Shown: positions 10,720 through 20,529 of the stretch, piece after piece
How positions within the stretch are numbered: the stretch's first letter is position 1
Layout of the letters: the number at the start of each line of letters is the position of its first letter
NCBI GenBank assembly: GCA_963719225.1
Contig: CAVRAY010000001.1
Span: forward strand, 2,144,001-2,208,000
Origin: Thermoanaerobaculia bacterium
GTDB lineage: Bacteria > Acidobacteriota > Thermoanaerobaculia > UBA5066
Direction: 5' to 3'
Length of the DNA stretch: 64,000 nt
Position numbers and translations under genes: made by a program
The notes under the pieces: model-generated
The model's database searches: none
Seen by the model: only the letters and a program-made list of their open reading frames with translations
Told to the model about the DNA's origin: nothing

Positions 10720-10749
10720 TTGACGCGGAATCCACCTAGTGACTATCGT
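10720..10749 (+). promoter_or_regulatory. Possible sigma70 promoter for the porin gene
   Basis: TTGACG-18 bp-TATCGT upstream of an AAGGAGG RBS. Confidence 0.35.
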
Positions 10750-10812
10750 TTTCTCCATAAGATGCGCTTCAGTGTTGCCGCTCATCGGCGTGCTGACTTG
10801 AAGGAGGATGGT

Positions 10813-11949
10813 GTGCGTTCAAGGATTCTTTCGAATCGATTGACCCTCGTCTCCGTGGCTCTGCTCGTCCTGCTGCTGCCGGCCGTCGCGAATGCGCAGG
10901 CCATCGTCAAGGTGAACGACGTCGTGAACTTCCGGCTCGGCATCCTGCTGCAAGCCTGGGGCGACTGGAACGGCCAGTCCACTGCCACGGGCGATACGGC
11001 CGGCTTCCAGCAGAACCTGTTCCTGCGCCGAGCGCGCTTCTTCCTCGGCGGGCAGGTGGCGAAGGACGTCACGTTCTTCTTCATGACCGACAACCCGAAC
11101 CTCGGGAAGTCGACCCAAACGGTGGCGGGCGGCGCGGGCGGCAAAGCGCCCGGCACGGGGTTCATCGTTCAGGACGCGTTCTTGTCCTGGAAGGTCGCGA
11201 ACGAGTTCAGCCTCCAGGGAGGCCTGATCCTCATTCCGCTCTGCCGCAACTGCAACTCGAGCGCCGTGAGCCTCGTGACGATGGACTACGGGACCTGGTC
11301 GTTCCAGGAGAGCGGCTCGACGCAGTCGTCGGTCGGGCGCGATACCGGGTTCCAGGCCCTGGGCTACTTCGCGGGTGACCATCTCGAGTACCGAGCCGGC
11401 GTCTACTCCGGCTTCCGGGCTCCCGGCGTGAAGAACTCCTTCCGGTTCACGGGGCGCCTCCAGTACAACGTGTTCGACGTGGAGAAAGGCCAGTTCTACG
11501 CGGGCACGTACTTCGGCAAGAAGAAGATCCTCGCGATCGGCGGCAGCTACGACGTGCAGAGCGACTACAGCGCGTACGCCGGCGACGTCTTCTTCGACTA
11601 TCCCGTCGGCGACAACGGCATCACGGTGCAGGGCGACTTCATTCACTATGACGGCGGCGTCACGTTCAACACCGCGGCGCTCTTGAAGCAGGACGACATC
11701 TACGCCGAGGCTGGGTTCTTCATCAAATCGCTCAAGCTCATGCCGTTCGTGCGGTACGAGCAGCAGGAGTACTCGGACGACGTGAACAAGGGGCTCAACA
11801 GGCAGAAGTTCCAGGGGGGCTTCGGCTGGTACCCCTACATGTCGAACTTCAACATCAAGGCCGGGTTCACGCGCACGGAGGCTCCAGACAACAAGAACGT
11901 GGCCTCGACGAACCAGTACACGATCCAGGTTCAGGTCTTCTACTACTAA
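10813..11949 (+). CDS. Outer-membrane porin (phosphate-selective porin O/P-like beta-barrel)
   Basis: Signal peptide (ANA/Q), LRRARF, GRDTG, aromatic C-terminus (QVFYY); AAGGAGG RBS. Confidence 0.75.
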   Translation: MRSRILSNRLTLVSVALLVLLLPAVANAQAIVKVNDVVNFRLGILLQAWGDWNGQSTATGDTAGFQQNLFLRRARFFLGGQVAKDVTFFFMTDNPNLGKSTQTVAGGAGGKAPGTGFIVQDAFLSWKVANEFSLQGGLILIPLCRNCNSSAVSLVTMDYGTWSFQESGSTQSSVGRDTGFQALGYFAGDHLEYRAGVYSGFRAPGVKNSFRFTGRLQYNVFDVEKGQFYAGTYFGKKKILAIGGSYDVQSDYSAYAGDVFFDYPVGDNGITVQGDFIHYDGGVTFNTAALLKQDDIYAEAGFFIKSLKLMPFVRYEQQEYSDDVNKGLNRQKFQGGFGWYPYMSNFNIKAGFTRTEAPDNKNVASTNQYTIQVQVFYY

Positions 11950-11967
11950 GTCCTCTCCGTGCAGCTC

Positions 11968-11990
11968 CGCGGGGCGCGATGCGCCCCGCG
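11968..11990. terminator. GC hairpin between convergent genes
   Basis: CGCGGGGCGC-GAT-GCGCCCCGCG perfect 10-bp stem; no clear U tract. Confidence 0.45.
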
Positions 11991-12008
11991 TGAGCCCGGA
12001 GCGCCCGT

Positions 12009-14627
12009 TCAGGCGACCTTCAGGCTTCCGTCCTCGACCCACCGCGCGAGCAGTCTCCTGACCCGGAACGAGTCGGTTGCGGCCGCGGTCTCGATGGCGC
12101 GCGCGTTGAGGCCTGAAATCGCTTTCGAGAAGACCGACTGCTGGAAAGCGGAATCGGATTCTTCCGGCTCCGCCGAAGGCTCCCCGCTCCCCTGCCTGAA
12201 GATCGCTTCGTCCGGCACGAGCGCGGAACAGCGCTGGAGCTCGTCGTACCGCCGCATCCCCTCGAGAAGGACCGAGACGACCTCACGGAGCGGCTCGTTC
12301 TCGCCGCGGGGGGCGAGGTCCGCCTGCCTGACGAACGCGAACGTCGCGCCTCCCGGCCGCTCGAAGAGCTGATAGCACGCCGCGTCTCCCTGCAGCGGTC
12401 CGCTCTCGGCGGCCCGGATCCGGCCGCCCTCGAGGACGAGTCGCCCCGAGACGGCGCCGGACGCGTTTCGGAGGGTCAACGTCCCGGTAACCTCCGAAGC
12501 CGCGAGGCTCTGGAGAAGAGCCGGCAGCTCGAAGATGGCGAGGTCGCCGGAGAGGCTGGCGGCGCCCGCGCTCTCGTCGGGCCGGGGAGCGTCGAAACCC
12601 GCCAGGGCGCGCGCAGCCGCCTTCGCGAACTCGGTCCCCGGATGACGTTCGACGATGCCCTCGAACGTGCTTCTCACCTGAGGCAGCGGCGTCGAGGAAA
12701 GGGCGTCGATGATCGGCCCGATCTTGTCGTCCTTCTTCTTGAGCGTCAGGCCGAACACCTTGAACGGGAGCTCGGCTTTCAGCCCCTTGAGGAGGACGGC
12801 CACGAGGTCGACGTCCTCCGAGAGATCCTGCCCCGCGAGCTCCGTGAGGCGCGCCCGCGCGTCCCCGAGGCCTCCTTTCCGGCGCAGCCCGTGCTCGACG
12901 ACCACCCTCCTCGCGGTGGCGCTTCCGAAGCGTGCGAGAGCCGAGACCGCGCGGTCGAGAAGGGGTTGCAGCTCGGCTTCATCGAACGGGGAGTCTCCCT
13001 TCTTCACGAGCATCGACTCGAGCCCCTGGACGACCGAAACGAGCGCGGCCTCGGATCTCTCGTGCCGCGCGGTCCCGAGCCCGGCGATCGCTTCCTTCAC
13101 CAGGGGTGGAGGCAGCGCGGGGTCCGCGAGCGAAATCAGCACGTCGAGCTCGCCGCTGGTCGGCTCTTCCGTCGCGCGCGGGATGCGCCGGACGAGGTAG
13201 AGGAGGTTGCGCTTGAAGTGCCAGTCGGCCGCGAGATCGCCTCCCGGCGTTCCCTCGAGGAGGCCGAGAGCCGTCGCGCGGGCCTCCGCGCCGTGGATTT
13301 CGAGAAGCGAGAGCAGCAGGCGCCGGCGTTCGCGCTTTTCTTCGACGTGCAACTCGTCGATCAGCCTGGACGCCGTCAGGCCCGGGAAGAACGAGAGGAT
13401 CCGGGCGAGAGGCTCGTGGTTTCGGGAGTCCTCGCCGAGAGAGCGAACGCGCTCGAGGTCCACGTTCTCCTGCGCTTTTCGGCGCGCGCTTTCCGCCTGC
13501 ACGGAGTCGACCTTGTTCTCGGCGACGATCTTTTCGGCGACCGCGAACATGCGTGCCGCCCGCGCGAGCGAGCCCTGATTGAGCTGCTCCACGGCGGCGT
13601 TCACCATTTCGCCGAAGCGGCGGCCGATCTCCTCGGGATTCTCGGGCAGCGTGACGATGCGCCGCATCGCCGACGTCGGGGCGCGCGTCGACGCCATGAG
13701 CGCCTGTTCGATCGGTGCGGACGGGGCCGACACCGACCAGGGCGAAACCTGGCGTCCGAGCGTCCGAAACGCCTCGGCCGTCGGGACGTCCACACCCATG
13801 CTCCGAAGCTTGTCGAGCGCGGCGTGCAACTCGGCATCCGTACGCGCGGCCATCGCCGCCACCGAGAGAATCTGCGACAGGAGGACGTCGCGCCGCTGCG
13901 CACTCGCTCCCGGCAGCGCGGCGGCGGCCGCCCCTCCCACGAGGGCGGCCCCGGCCGCGCTGGCGGCGGCTCTCGCAGACGTGGACGCGCCCGCGACACC
14001 GCGGCTTGCGACCGGCTGTGCCGGGGGGGCAGATCCGCCCGGGGCGAGCATCGGACCGAGGCGCTCGATCAGGAACGAGAGCTCGCGCAGGTGAGAGGCG
14101 GGTTCGGGAAGCCTTTCTCCGCCCCTGCGACCGCTCGCCGTCACGGCGTCTTCGGCGAGGCCGCCCTGGCGCCGAAGGAATTCGACCGGGGCCGCCAGCA
14201 TGCTCTCCGTCATGCCCAGGCGGCCGAGATTCTGGGCGAGAAGCTCGCGGTCCGCGGCCGGACAGAGGTCGAGAACGAGCGGTTTCAGATCGTCGAGGTA
14301 GCGCTGGAGCGAGTCTTTCGGTACGAGGTGGTACTGACCCATCGCGTGCAGCTTTTCCACGGCGTGGTAGAGATAGTCCGACACCGGCACCGGCTTTCCG
14401 CTCCGAAACTGCGCCGCGGTCCAGGTCTGGATCTCGTTCGCCGCGAGGTCGACGGGATAGTCGAGCAGGAGATTGACGGAATCGGCGACCATGAGCGGCG
14501 CCAGGGTGTCGGACAGGTACCGCTGGAGCTCGAAGAGCGCCTCCCGGACGTCCGGGTCGAGCGGTTGCTGTTCCTCTTCCCTCGACACGCTGGAAAGCTC
14601 CCCCGAGGCCTCCGGTCGCCGAGGCAT
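12009..14627 (-). CDS. Large helical protein with C-terminal DUF4388-like domain
   Basis: C-terminal LSGDLAIFELPALLQSL...TGTLTL...LLEGMRRYDE; HEAT-like repeats in the middle. Confidence 0.7.
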   Translation of the reverse strand: MPRRPEASGELSSVSREEEQQPLDPDVREALFELQRYLSDTLAPLMVADSVNLLLDYPVDLAANEIQTWTAAQFRSGKPVPVSDYLYHAVEKLHAMGQYHLVPKDSLQRYLDDLKPLVLDLCPAADRELLAQNLGRLGMTESMLAAPVEFLRRQGGLAEDAVTASGRRGGERLPEPASHLRELSFLIERLGPMLAPGGSAPPAQPVASRGVAGASTSARAAASAAGAALVGGAAAAALPGASAQRRDVLLSQILSVAAMAARTDAELHAALDKLRSMGVDVPTAEAFRTLGRQVSPWSVSAPSAPIEQALMASTRAPTSAMRRIVTLPENPEEIGRRFGEMVNAAVEQLNQGSLARAARMFAVAEKIVAENKVDSVQAESARRKAQENVDLERVRSLGEDSRNHEPLARILSFFPGLTASRLIDELHVEEKRERRRLLLSLLEIHGAEARATALGLLEGTPGGDLAADWHFKRNLLYLVRRIPRATEEPTSGELDVLISLADPALPPPLVKEAIAGLGTARHERSEAALVSVVQGLESMLVKKGDSPFDEAELQPLLDRAVSALARFGSATARRVVVEHGLRRKGGLGDARARLTELAGQDLSEDVDLVAVLLKGLKAELPFKVFGLTLKKKDDKIGPIIDALSSTPLPQVRSTFEGIVERHPGTEFAKAAARALAGFDAPRPDESAGAASLSGDLAIFELPALLQSLAASEVTGTLTLRNASGAVSGRLVLEGGRIRAAESGPLQGDAACYQLFERPGGATFAFVRQADLAPRGENEPLREVVSVLLEGMRRYDELQRCSALVPDEAIFRQGSGEPSAEPEESDSAFQQSVFSKAISGLNARAIETAAATDSFRVRRLLARWVEDGSLKVA

Positions 14628-14753
14628 CCGAGCTGCGTGGTGACCTTGAAGCGCAACGATCGTAGCACGCAGCGGGGGCGTGCTCGCCGATCAACCGGAG
14701 GCGCCAAGGTCCCCGCTTGGCTTCCGCCGCCGGAGAAACGTATCGTCCGGGCC

Positions 14754-16514
14754 ATGCCTCTCGAGGAATATCGCAAGAAGCGCCGCTTCTCGGTCACGAA
14801 AGAGCCCGCGGGCGGGAACGCACCTAAAAAACGGGCGGCCGGCCTCGCCTATGTCATCCAGAAGCACCGCGCCACCGCGCTGCATTACGACTTCCGCCTC
14901 GAGTGGAAAAGCGTGCTGTTGTCGTGGGCCGTGCCGAAAGGCCCGTCGCTCGACCCGTCGGTGAAGCGGTTCGCCACCCACGTGGAGGATCACCCGATCG
15001 AATACGCTGCCTTCGAGGGGATCATTCCGGCGGGCGAGTACGGCGGGGGCACCGTCATGATCTGGGACAACGGGACGTGGACTCCGGAGACGCCCGACGT
15101 GGAGGCCGCCCTGAAGAAGGGCGAGCTGAAATTCGCACTTTCCGGAAAGAAGCTGAAGGGCTCGTGGGTTCTCGTGCGGACGAAGGGCTGGGGCAGCTCG
15201 TCCAAGCCCACGTGGCTCCTCATCAAACACCGGGACGACTTCGCCTCGGTGGAGGACATCGCGGAAACCCAGCCCCGGTCCGTCGTGTCGAATCGACTGC
15301 TGACCGAGATCGCGATCGACGAGGGCGGCGACGTCGAGAAAGCCTCGACGGGCGATCCCGTGAGCGAGGTCGAGAAGCTCCTGAAGCAGCCGAAGCTCCT
15401 CGATCGGAAGAAGAAGAAAACGCCTTCGGTCTGGCATTCGAACAGGAGCGTGGCGGAAAACGTGAAGTCCGAAGAGCACGAGGAGAAGATTTCTTCGAAG
15501 GGTAAGAGGGGGAAGGAAACCGCGCAGGCGACGCCGACGCACGGCGAAAAGTCGACGCGCGCATCGAAAGCCATACCCCTTTCTAAGAGATCTTCGTCTT
15601 CCTCTTCGTCTCCCTCTTCGTCTCCCTCTTCCTCAAAATACTCGTTCCCCGTCCCCGTCTCGAACCCCGACAAGGTTTTCTGGCCCGAAGAGGGATACAC
15701 GAAGGCGGATCTCGTCGCGTTCTATCAAGGCATCTTTCCGAGCCTGAAGCCCTACGTGGACGAGCGTCCGCTCTCCCTCGAGCGGTGTCCGGACGGGATG
15801 GGGGGCCAGTGCTTCTACCAGAAGGAGAAGCCGGCCGGGATGCCGAAGGACACCCGCACGGTGCCGGTCAAGCACGGGCGCGGCGTCACGAACACCGTCG
15901 TGGGCGGGAAGCTCGAAACGCAGCTCGCCCTCGCGAACCTCGGCTGCATTGCCGTCCACGCGTGGAACAGCCGCGCCGAAGACCTCGACCGGCCCGACTG
16001 GGTGTGCTTCGACCTCGACCCGGACACGGGCGAGATGGTCGACGCCGTGAACGCCGCGCTGAAGGTGAAGCAGGCCCTGGACGCGCTCGACCTCGTGGCT
16101 TTCGTGAAGACGTCGGGAGGGAAGGGCCTGCACATCTTCCTGCCGATCAAGCCGGGCCCGGACACGAAGGAAGTCACCTGGTTCGCCAAGGAGCTGGCGA
16201 CGCGCCTCACCGCCGCGTACCCGAAGGAGCTGACCGTGGAGATGCGCATCGCGGCGCGGAAAGGCCGCGTCTTCCTCGACTCTTTCCGAAACGCGCTCGG
16301 CCAGACCGTCGTCACGCCGTACTCGGTACGCAGGCGCCCGCACGCACCGGTCTCGACGCCGCTCGAATGGTCCGAGGTGAAGACATCCCTGAAGGCGGCC
16401 GACTTCAACCTCGGCAACTACGCCGAGCGGCTCCGGAAGAGAGACCCGTGGGCCAGGTTCTTCCGAAGCCGTCAGTCGCTGAAAAAGGCGATGGGCGCGC
16501 TGAAGAAGCTCTGA
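14754..16514 (+). CDS. LigD-type 3'-phosphoesterase + primase/polymerase fusion (no ligase domain)
   Basis: LEEYRKKR, QKHRATALHYDFRLE, WAVPKGPS; SNPDKV, RCPDG, FDLDP, KTSGGKGLH. Confidence 0.88.
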   Translation: MPLEEYRKKRRFSVTKEPAGGNAPKKRAAGLAYVIQKHRATALHYDFRLEWKSVLLSWAVPKGPSLDPSVKRFATHVEDHPIEYAAFEGIIPAGEYGGGTVMIWDNGTWTPETPDVEAALKKGELKFALSGKKLKGSWVLVRTKGWGSSSKPTWLLIKHRDDFASVEDIAETQPRSVVSNRLLTEIAIDEGGDVEKASTGDPVSEVEKLLKQPKLLDRKKKKTPSVWHSNRSVAENVKSEEHEEKISSKGKRGKETAQATPTHGEKSTRASKAIPLSKRSSSSSSSPSSSPSSSKYSFPVPVSNPDKVFWPEEGYTKADLVAFYQGIFPSLKPYVDERPLSLERCPDGMGGQCFYQKEKPAGMPKDTRTVPVKHGRGVTNTVVGGKLETQLALANLGCIAVHAWNSRAEDLDRPDWVCFDLDPDTGEMVDAVNAALKVKQALDALDLVAFVKTSGGKGLHIFLPIKPGPDTKEVTWFAKELATRLTAAYPKELTVEMRIAARKGRVFLDSFRNALGQTVVTPYSVRRRPHAPVSTPLEWSEVKTSLKAADFNLGNYAERLRKRDPWARFFRSRQSLKKAMGALKKL

Positions 16515-16515
16515 G

Positions 16516-17163
16516 CTACTTCTTCCGGGTGTACTGGACTTCGAGCGACTTGAACATCTTGCCGTCGGGCCCCGTCGCCCACATCTGGTAGGTGTGGTGG
16601 TCGTCGTCCGTCACCGTCAGAATTCCCTTGACCTTGGTGGGCTTCTTCATGACGACGTCGTCCATCGTGGACCAGAAGGTGAACTTCTTCCCGGAGGCGT
16701 CCACGGTCCCGGTCGAGGTCATGAGCATCGTCCCCATGCTGTCCGCCCACGAGCCGACGTATTTCTTCTTGTAATTGTCGTACCCGGTCAGTCCCATGCC
16801 GTGGAACGGCTGGCCCATCGCCGTGCCTTCCACGTGCTCCTCCACGAACCGGCCGCCGAGCACCCACTTGCTCTCGGTCGTGCCGGTCGACTCCTCCGGG
16901 GGTTTCGAGGGATCCATCCACATTTTCGTCACCGCCGTGAAGGAGCCGACCATCGGCTCCAGCTTCTTGTGCGCCTCGCCGGGCGTCGCCACCGCCATCC
17001 AGGCCTTCATCATTTCGTCGTGGCTGGGCATGGACGGCTTCGCGGCAGCGGTTCCAGCGGGCTTCGCGGCTTCCTTGGGTTTCTCGTCCCCCAAAGCCGA
17101 ATAGGGGATGAGAAGTGAAAGAGCTGCTGAGAAAATAAGAGCGGAGGTTCGGAAGGGCTTCAT
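16516..17163 (-). CDS. DUF1579-family exported protein
   Basis: Signal peptide; TPGEAHKKL, LGGRF, GYDN...WADSMGT. Confidence 0.75.
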   Translation of the reverse strand: MKPFRTSALIFSAALSLLIPYSALGDEKPKEAAKPAGTAAAKPSMPSHDEMMKAWMAVATPGEAHKKLEPMVGSFTAVTKMWMDPSKPPEESTGTTESKWVLGGRFVEEHVEGTAMGQPFHGMGLTGYDNYKKKYVGSWADSMGTMLMTSTGTVDASGKKFTFWSTMDDVVMKKPTKVKGILTVTDDDHHTYQMWATGPDGKMFKSLEVQYTRKK

Positions 17164-17177
17164 CGTTTTCTCCTCCT

Positions 17178-17603
17178 TTAAACCAGCTTCGCGTTCAGGT
17201 TGATCTGCGCCCCGGTGAAGAGCTTCGAAATCGGGCAGCCCTTCTTGGCGGCGGCCGCGATCTCCTGGAACTTCGCGTTGTCGATCCCGGGCACCTGGGC
17301 CTCGCAGTCGAGGTCGATCCGCGAAATCGCGAAGCCGCCTTCGCCTTTTTCGAGGTGGACCTTCGCGGTCGTGGCGACGCGAGTCGGAACGAAGCCCGCC
17401 TTGGAGAGCTCGTTCGAGAAAGCCATCGAGAAGCAGCCGGCGTGCGCTGCGCCCGCGAGCTCCTCGGGATTCGTGCCGGTGCCTTCCTCGAAGCGCGACG
17501 CGAACGAGAACTGACCTTCGAAGGCCCCGCTCCCGAGGCGCATCGTGCCCTTTCCCGACTTCAGGTCTCCCTGCCAGACGGCGCTGGCGCTGCGTGCCGG
17601 CAT
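17178..17603 (-). CDS. osmC: OsmC peroxiredoxin
   Basis: SFASRFE, GTNPEEL, AHAGCFSMA, AKKGCPISK. Confidence 0.92.
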   Translation of the reverse strand: MPARSASAVWQGDLKSGKGTMRLGSGAFEGQFSFASRFEEGTGTNPEELAGAAHAGCFSMAFSNELSKAGFVPTRVATTAKVHLEKGEGGFAISRIDLDCEAQVPGIDNAKFQEIAAAAKKGCPISKLFTGAQINLNAKLV

Positions 17604-17641
17604 GTGACGTCTCCTTCCCGGGCGGATTCTACGAATCTCCC

Positions 17642-18400
17642 TCAGGAACGCTGCAGAAAAAGCACTATGGTGATGCCGAAACCAATCACGACGATGGCGA
17701 CCCGCGCCTTCACCTTTCCGATTCTCCGTGCGAACCCCGCGCCGATCCATCCCCCCGCGATGGCGCCCGTCATCATCAGGAGGGCGAGCGGCCAGATCAC
17801 GACGCCGTTGAAGATGAACCACGCCGAGGCGACGGTGTTGATGCAGATCCCGAAAAAGTTCTTCAGGCCGTTCATGGCGTGGATGTCCGTCAGGCCCAGG
17901 AAGCCGAGGATCACGAGCATCAGGATGCCGACGCCGGCGCCGAAATAGCCTCCGTAGACGGCGACGAAGAACTGGGCGACGGACGCGAGGGCCCACGAGG
18001 AACGCTCCCCGCCGTCCCGGGACGAGTTCCGGGGCGACCAGAGAACCTGGAAGAGAAAGAGGAGCGTTGCAAAGAGCACGAGATAGGGCGCGAGCCGGGC
18101 AAAGATCTTCTCCGGGGTCAGGAGAAGCAGGACGGAGCCGAGAGCACCCCCGAGGAGGCTCGGGACGAGGAGGCGCGAGAGCCACTGCCGGTGCGTGCTG
18201 ACTTCGCGCCGGTATCCGGCCAGGCTCGAGAGGGCGCCCGGGACGAGGGCCACGGTGGATGTCGCGTTCGCCTGGATCGCGGGTACGCCCGCGAGGAGCA
18301 AAGCGGGAAACGTGAGGATCGTGCCGCCGCCCGCGAGCGCGTTCATGATTCCGGCTGCGATCGCCGAGCCCACGAGGAGCGCGATCCGGGCGGCCGTCAC
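17642..18400 (-). CDS. Sulfite exporter TauE/SafE (TSUP) family
   Basis: NALAGGGTILTFPAL, ANATS, YGGYFGAGVG. Confidence 0.85.
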   Translation of the reverse strand: MTAARIALLVGSAIAAGIMNALAGGGTILTFPALLLAGVPAIQANATSTVALVPGALSSLAGYRREVSTHRQWLSRLLVPSLLGGALGSVLLLLTPEKIFARLAPYLVLFATLLFLFQVLWSPRNSSRDGGERSSWALASVAQFFVAVYGGYFGAGVGILMLVILGFLGLTDIHAMNGLKNFFGICINTVASAWFIFNGVVIWPLALLMMTGAIAGGWIGAGFARRIGKVKARVAIVVIGFGITIVLFLQRS

Positions 18401-19488
18401 GGCGTTCCCGGCGGTCCGGGAAGGCCCGCTCCCGAGACGAGGTAGACCGCGAACGTTCCGAGCCAGTGTCCGCCCTCGTAGTGCGCCCCCGTCACGGACC
18501 CGAGCCCGGAAGCGCGGTGCTCGGCGGCAGCAGAGCGGAGAGCCGGACGGCGCGGGTCGTTCGGCGGTAACGAGGCCGCGATGCCCTCCAGCATCCAGGC
18601 GCGGGAGAGGTTCAATCCATCGAGATGGGCGAGCTTCCCATCGGAGGGGTCGGTGACGGTGGCAACCTTCAGCCAGGACGTTCCTTCTTTGGGAATTCCG
18701 GGCAGGAAGTCCCGCAGCCACGAGGCGTACGCGGACGGCGCCAGCAGCCGGCGCATGAGATCGGCCTCCGCGAGACACGGCGAGAGGAAGTCCTGCCCGG
18801 AAGGCTCGTACGCGATGGGGCAGTTTCGATCCGCCGAATAGAGATCGAGTGTCCGGGCCGTCAGCAGGCGTTCCATCCGCGGGTCTCCCGCGGTGCGGGC
18901 CCAATCGAGAACGAGGCCGAAGGCGAACGCGGTCTGCGCGTGTTCTCCCTCGCGGATCGGATAGGCGAGCTTGGGCAGCCACTCCGCGAGACGGGATGCG
19001 GCGGCCTTTTCGAGTGGTGCGAGAGCCGCCGCCCAGGCGCGCGACTCGGGGTCGTCCCACATCCGGAGCTCGGCGCCGAGCCGCAACAGCCACGCGAGAC
19101 CGTAAGGCCGCTCGAACGTCGCGCGGCCTTTCCCTTCGAGGTACGCGACCTCCCCCGCCACCTTCTCGGGCGTGAAAGACGCGCGAAGAGCGGCCCTCGC
19201 GGGCGCGACGAACGGGGCCCCCGGGAAGCGCCGCGCGAGACGCGCGAGAAGCCAATGCCCGTGAACCGAGGAATGCCAGTCGTAGCATCCGAAGAAAACC
19301 GGCGTCAGAAGACGCGGGGGTTTCGCGTCGGCATCGCTCTCCAGCGTGTGGGCCACCTTGTTCGGGTACTCGCGCGCCAGGCAGGCGAGCGCGAGATTCG
19401 CGAATCGCTCTGCGGCGGCCTCGTCGAAGGCCGGGACCCCAGACGGAGGCCGGGGAGCCGCGAGGAGGACGAAAGCCAGGGCGAGCAC
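18397..19488 (-). CDS. DUF2891-family protein
   Basis: REYPNK, FFGCYDWHSSVHGHW, FERPYG, HLDGLNLSRAW, YEGGHWLGTFA. Confidence 0.85.
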   Translation of the reverse strand: MLALAFVLLAAPRPPSGVPAFDEAAAERFANLALACLAREYPNKVAHTLESDADAKPPRLLTPVFFGCYDWHSSVHGHWLLARLARRFPGAPFVAPARAALRASFTPEKVAGEVAYLEGKGRATFERPYGLAWLLRLGAELRMWDDPESRAWAAALAPLEKAAASRLAEWLPKLAYPIREGEHAQTAFAFGLVLDWARTAGDPRMERLLTARTLDLYSADRNCPIAYEPSGQDFLSPCLAEADLMRRLLAPSAYASWLRDFLPGIPKEGTSWLKVATVTDPSDGKLAHLDGLNLSRAWMLEGIAASLPPNDPRRPALRSAAAEHRASGLGSVTGAHYEGGHWLGTFAVYLVSGAGLPGPPGTP

Positions 19489-19527
19489 GACGGGAATGCT
19501 AACGCGCCTCCGCTATCCTCTCTGGAC

Positions 19528-20529
19528 GTGCGGTTTCGAAACCCGGAGGGAAGCCTTCCCCAGATCGCAGGGGTTGCCGAGTTCGCACCCTTCTTCCTTC
19601 GCCGTCTTCGCGACCGCCATCCGCAGACGATCCCGGCGGGCCACGTCGTGCCCCTTGCTGAAGCGAAGGAGCAGCTCCGAAACGCGGGCCCGGAGTCGCT
19701 CACGTGGCTCGGCCACGCGTCGTTCCTCCTTCGAACCCGTGGCGTGACGATTCTGACCGATCCCTTCCTTTCGGACTGCGCGAGCCCCCTTCCCGGTTTC
19801 GGGCCGAGGCGATACGCGCCGCCGGGCCTGCCCCTCGAGGCGCTTCCGAAGATCGACGTCGTGCTGATCTCTCACAATCACTACGACCATCTCGATGCGA
19901 GGTCCGTAGAGGAGATTTCTTTGAAGGGAAAAGGGGAAGGAGCAGGCACGGCTGCAATCGTCCCCTCGGGGCTCGGCCGGTTCTTCGCGTCGCGGGGATA
20001 CTCGGATGTCCGCGAGCTCAGATGGGGCGAGGGCGCGCTTCTAAGAAATTCTTCATCTTCATCTTCGTCTTCCCCTGCCGTCTCCCTCTCCTGCCTCCCC
20101 TGCATCCACTTCTCCGGGCGCACGCCGTTCGACCGGAACGCGACCCTCTGGTGCTCGTGGTCGATCGTCTCCCCATCGCTCAAGCTCTTCTTCGCGGGCG
20201 ACACGGGTTACGGGCCGGTCTTCGCCCAACTCGGCGCTCGGTACGGCCCGTTCGACCTGGCCCTCGTGCCGATCGGCGCGTACGAGCCCGCGTCCATCAT
20301 GCGGCCCGTCCACTGCAATCCCGAGGAGGGCGTGGCCCTGGGCCGCGACGTGGGCGCGGCCACGCTCGTCGCGATGCACTGGGGCACGATCGTCCTGACG
20401 GACGAGCCCGCGTTCGAGCCGCCCGGCCGGTTCCGCGCCGCCGCCAGCCGCGCCGGTTTCACCGACGCCCGGACGTGGGTCATGCGGATCGGGGAGACTC
20501 GCGCGACGCCTCCTCGAGAAAAGTTTTGA
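19528..20529 (+). CDS. MBL-fold metallo-hydrolase (NAPE-PLD-like)
   Basis: TWLGHAS, SHNHYDHLD, FAGDTGY, PIGAYEP, MHWGT; start inferred. Confidence 0.85.
   Translation: MRFRNPEGSLPQIAGVAEFAPFFLRRLRDRHPQTIPAGHVVPLAEAKEQLRNAGPESLTWLGHASFLLRTRGVTILTDPFLSDCASPLPGFGPRRYAPPGLPLEALPKIDVVLISHNHYDHLDARSVEEISLKGKGEGAGTAAIVPSGLGRFFASRGYSDVRELRWGEGALLRNSSSSSSSSPAVSLSCLPCIHFSGRTPFDRNATLWCSWSIVSPSLKLFFAGDTGYGPVFAQLGARYGPFDLALVPIGAYEPASIMRPVHCNPEEGVALGRDVGAATLVAMHWGTIVLTDEPAFEPPGRFRAAASRAGFTDARTWVMRIGETRATPPREKF

Noticed and set aside
12642-16514. 1290-aa ORF as a giant LigD fusion
   Set aside because: The N-terminal 700 aa are the antisense shadow of the DUF4388-like gene; the real start is ATG 14754.
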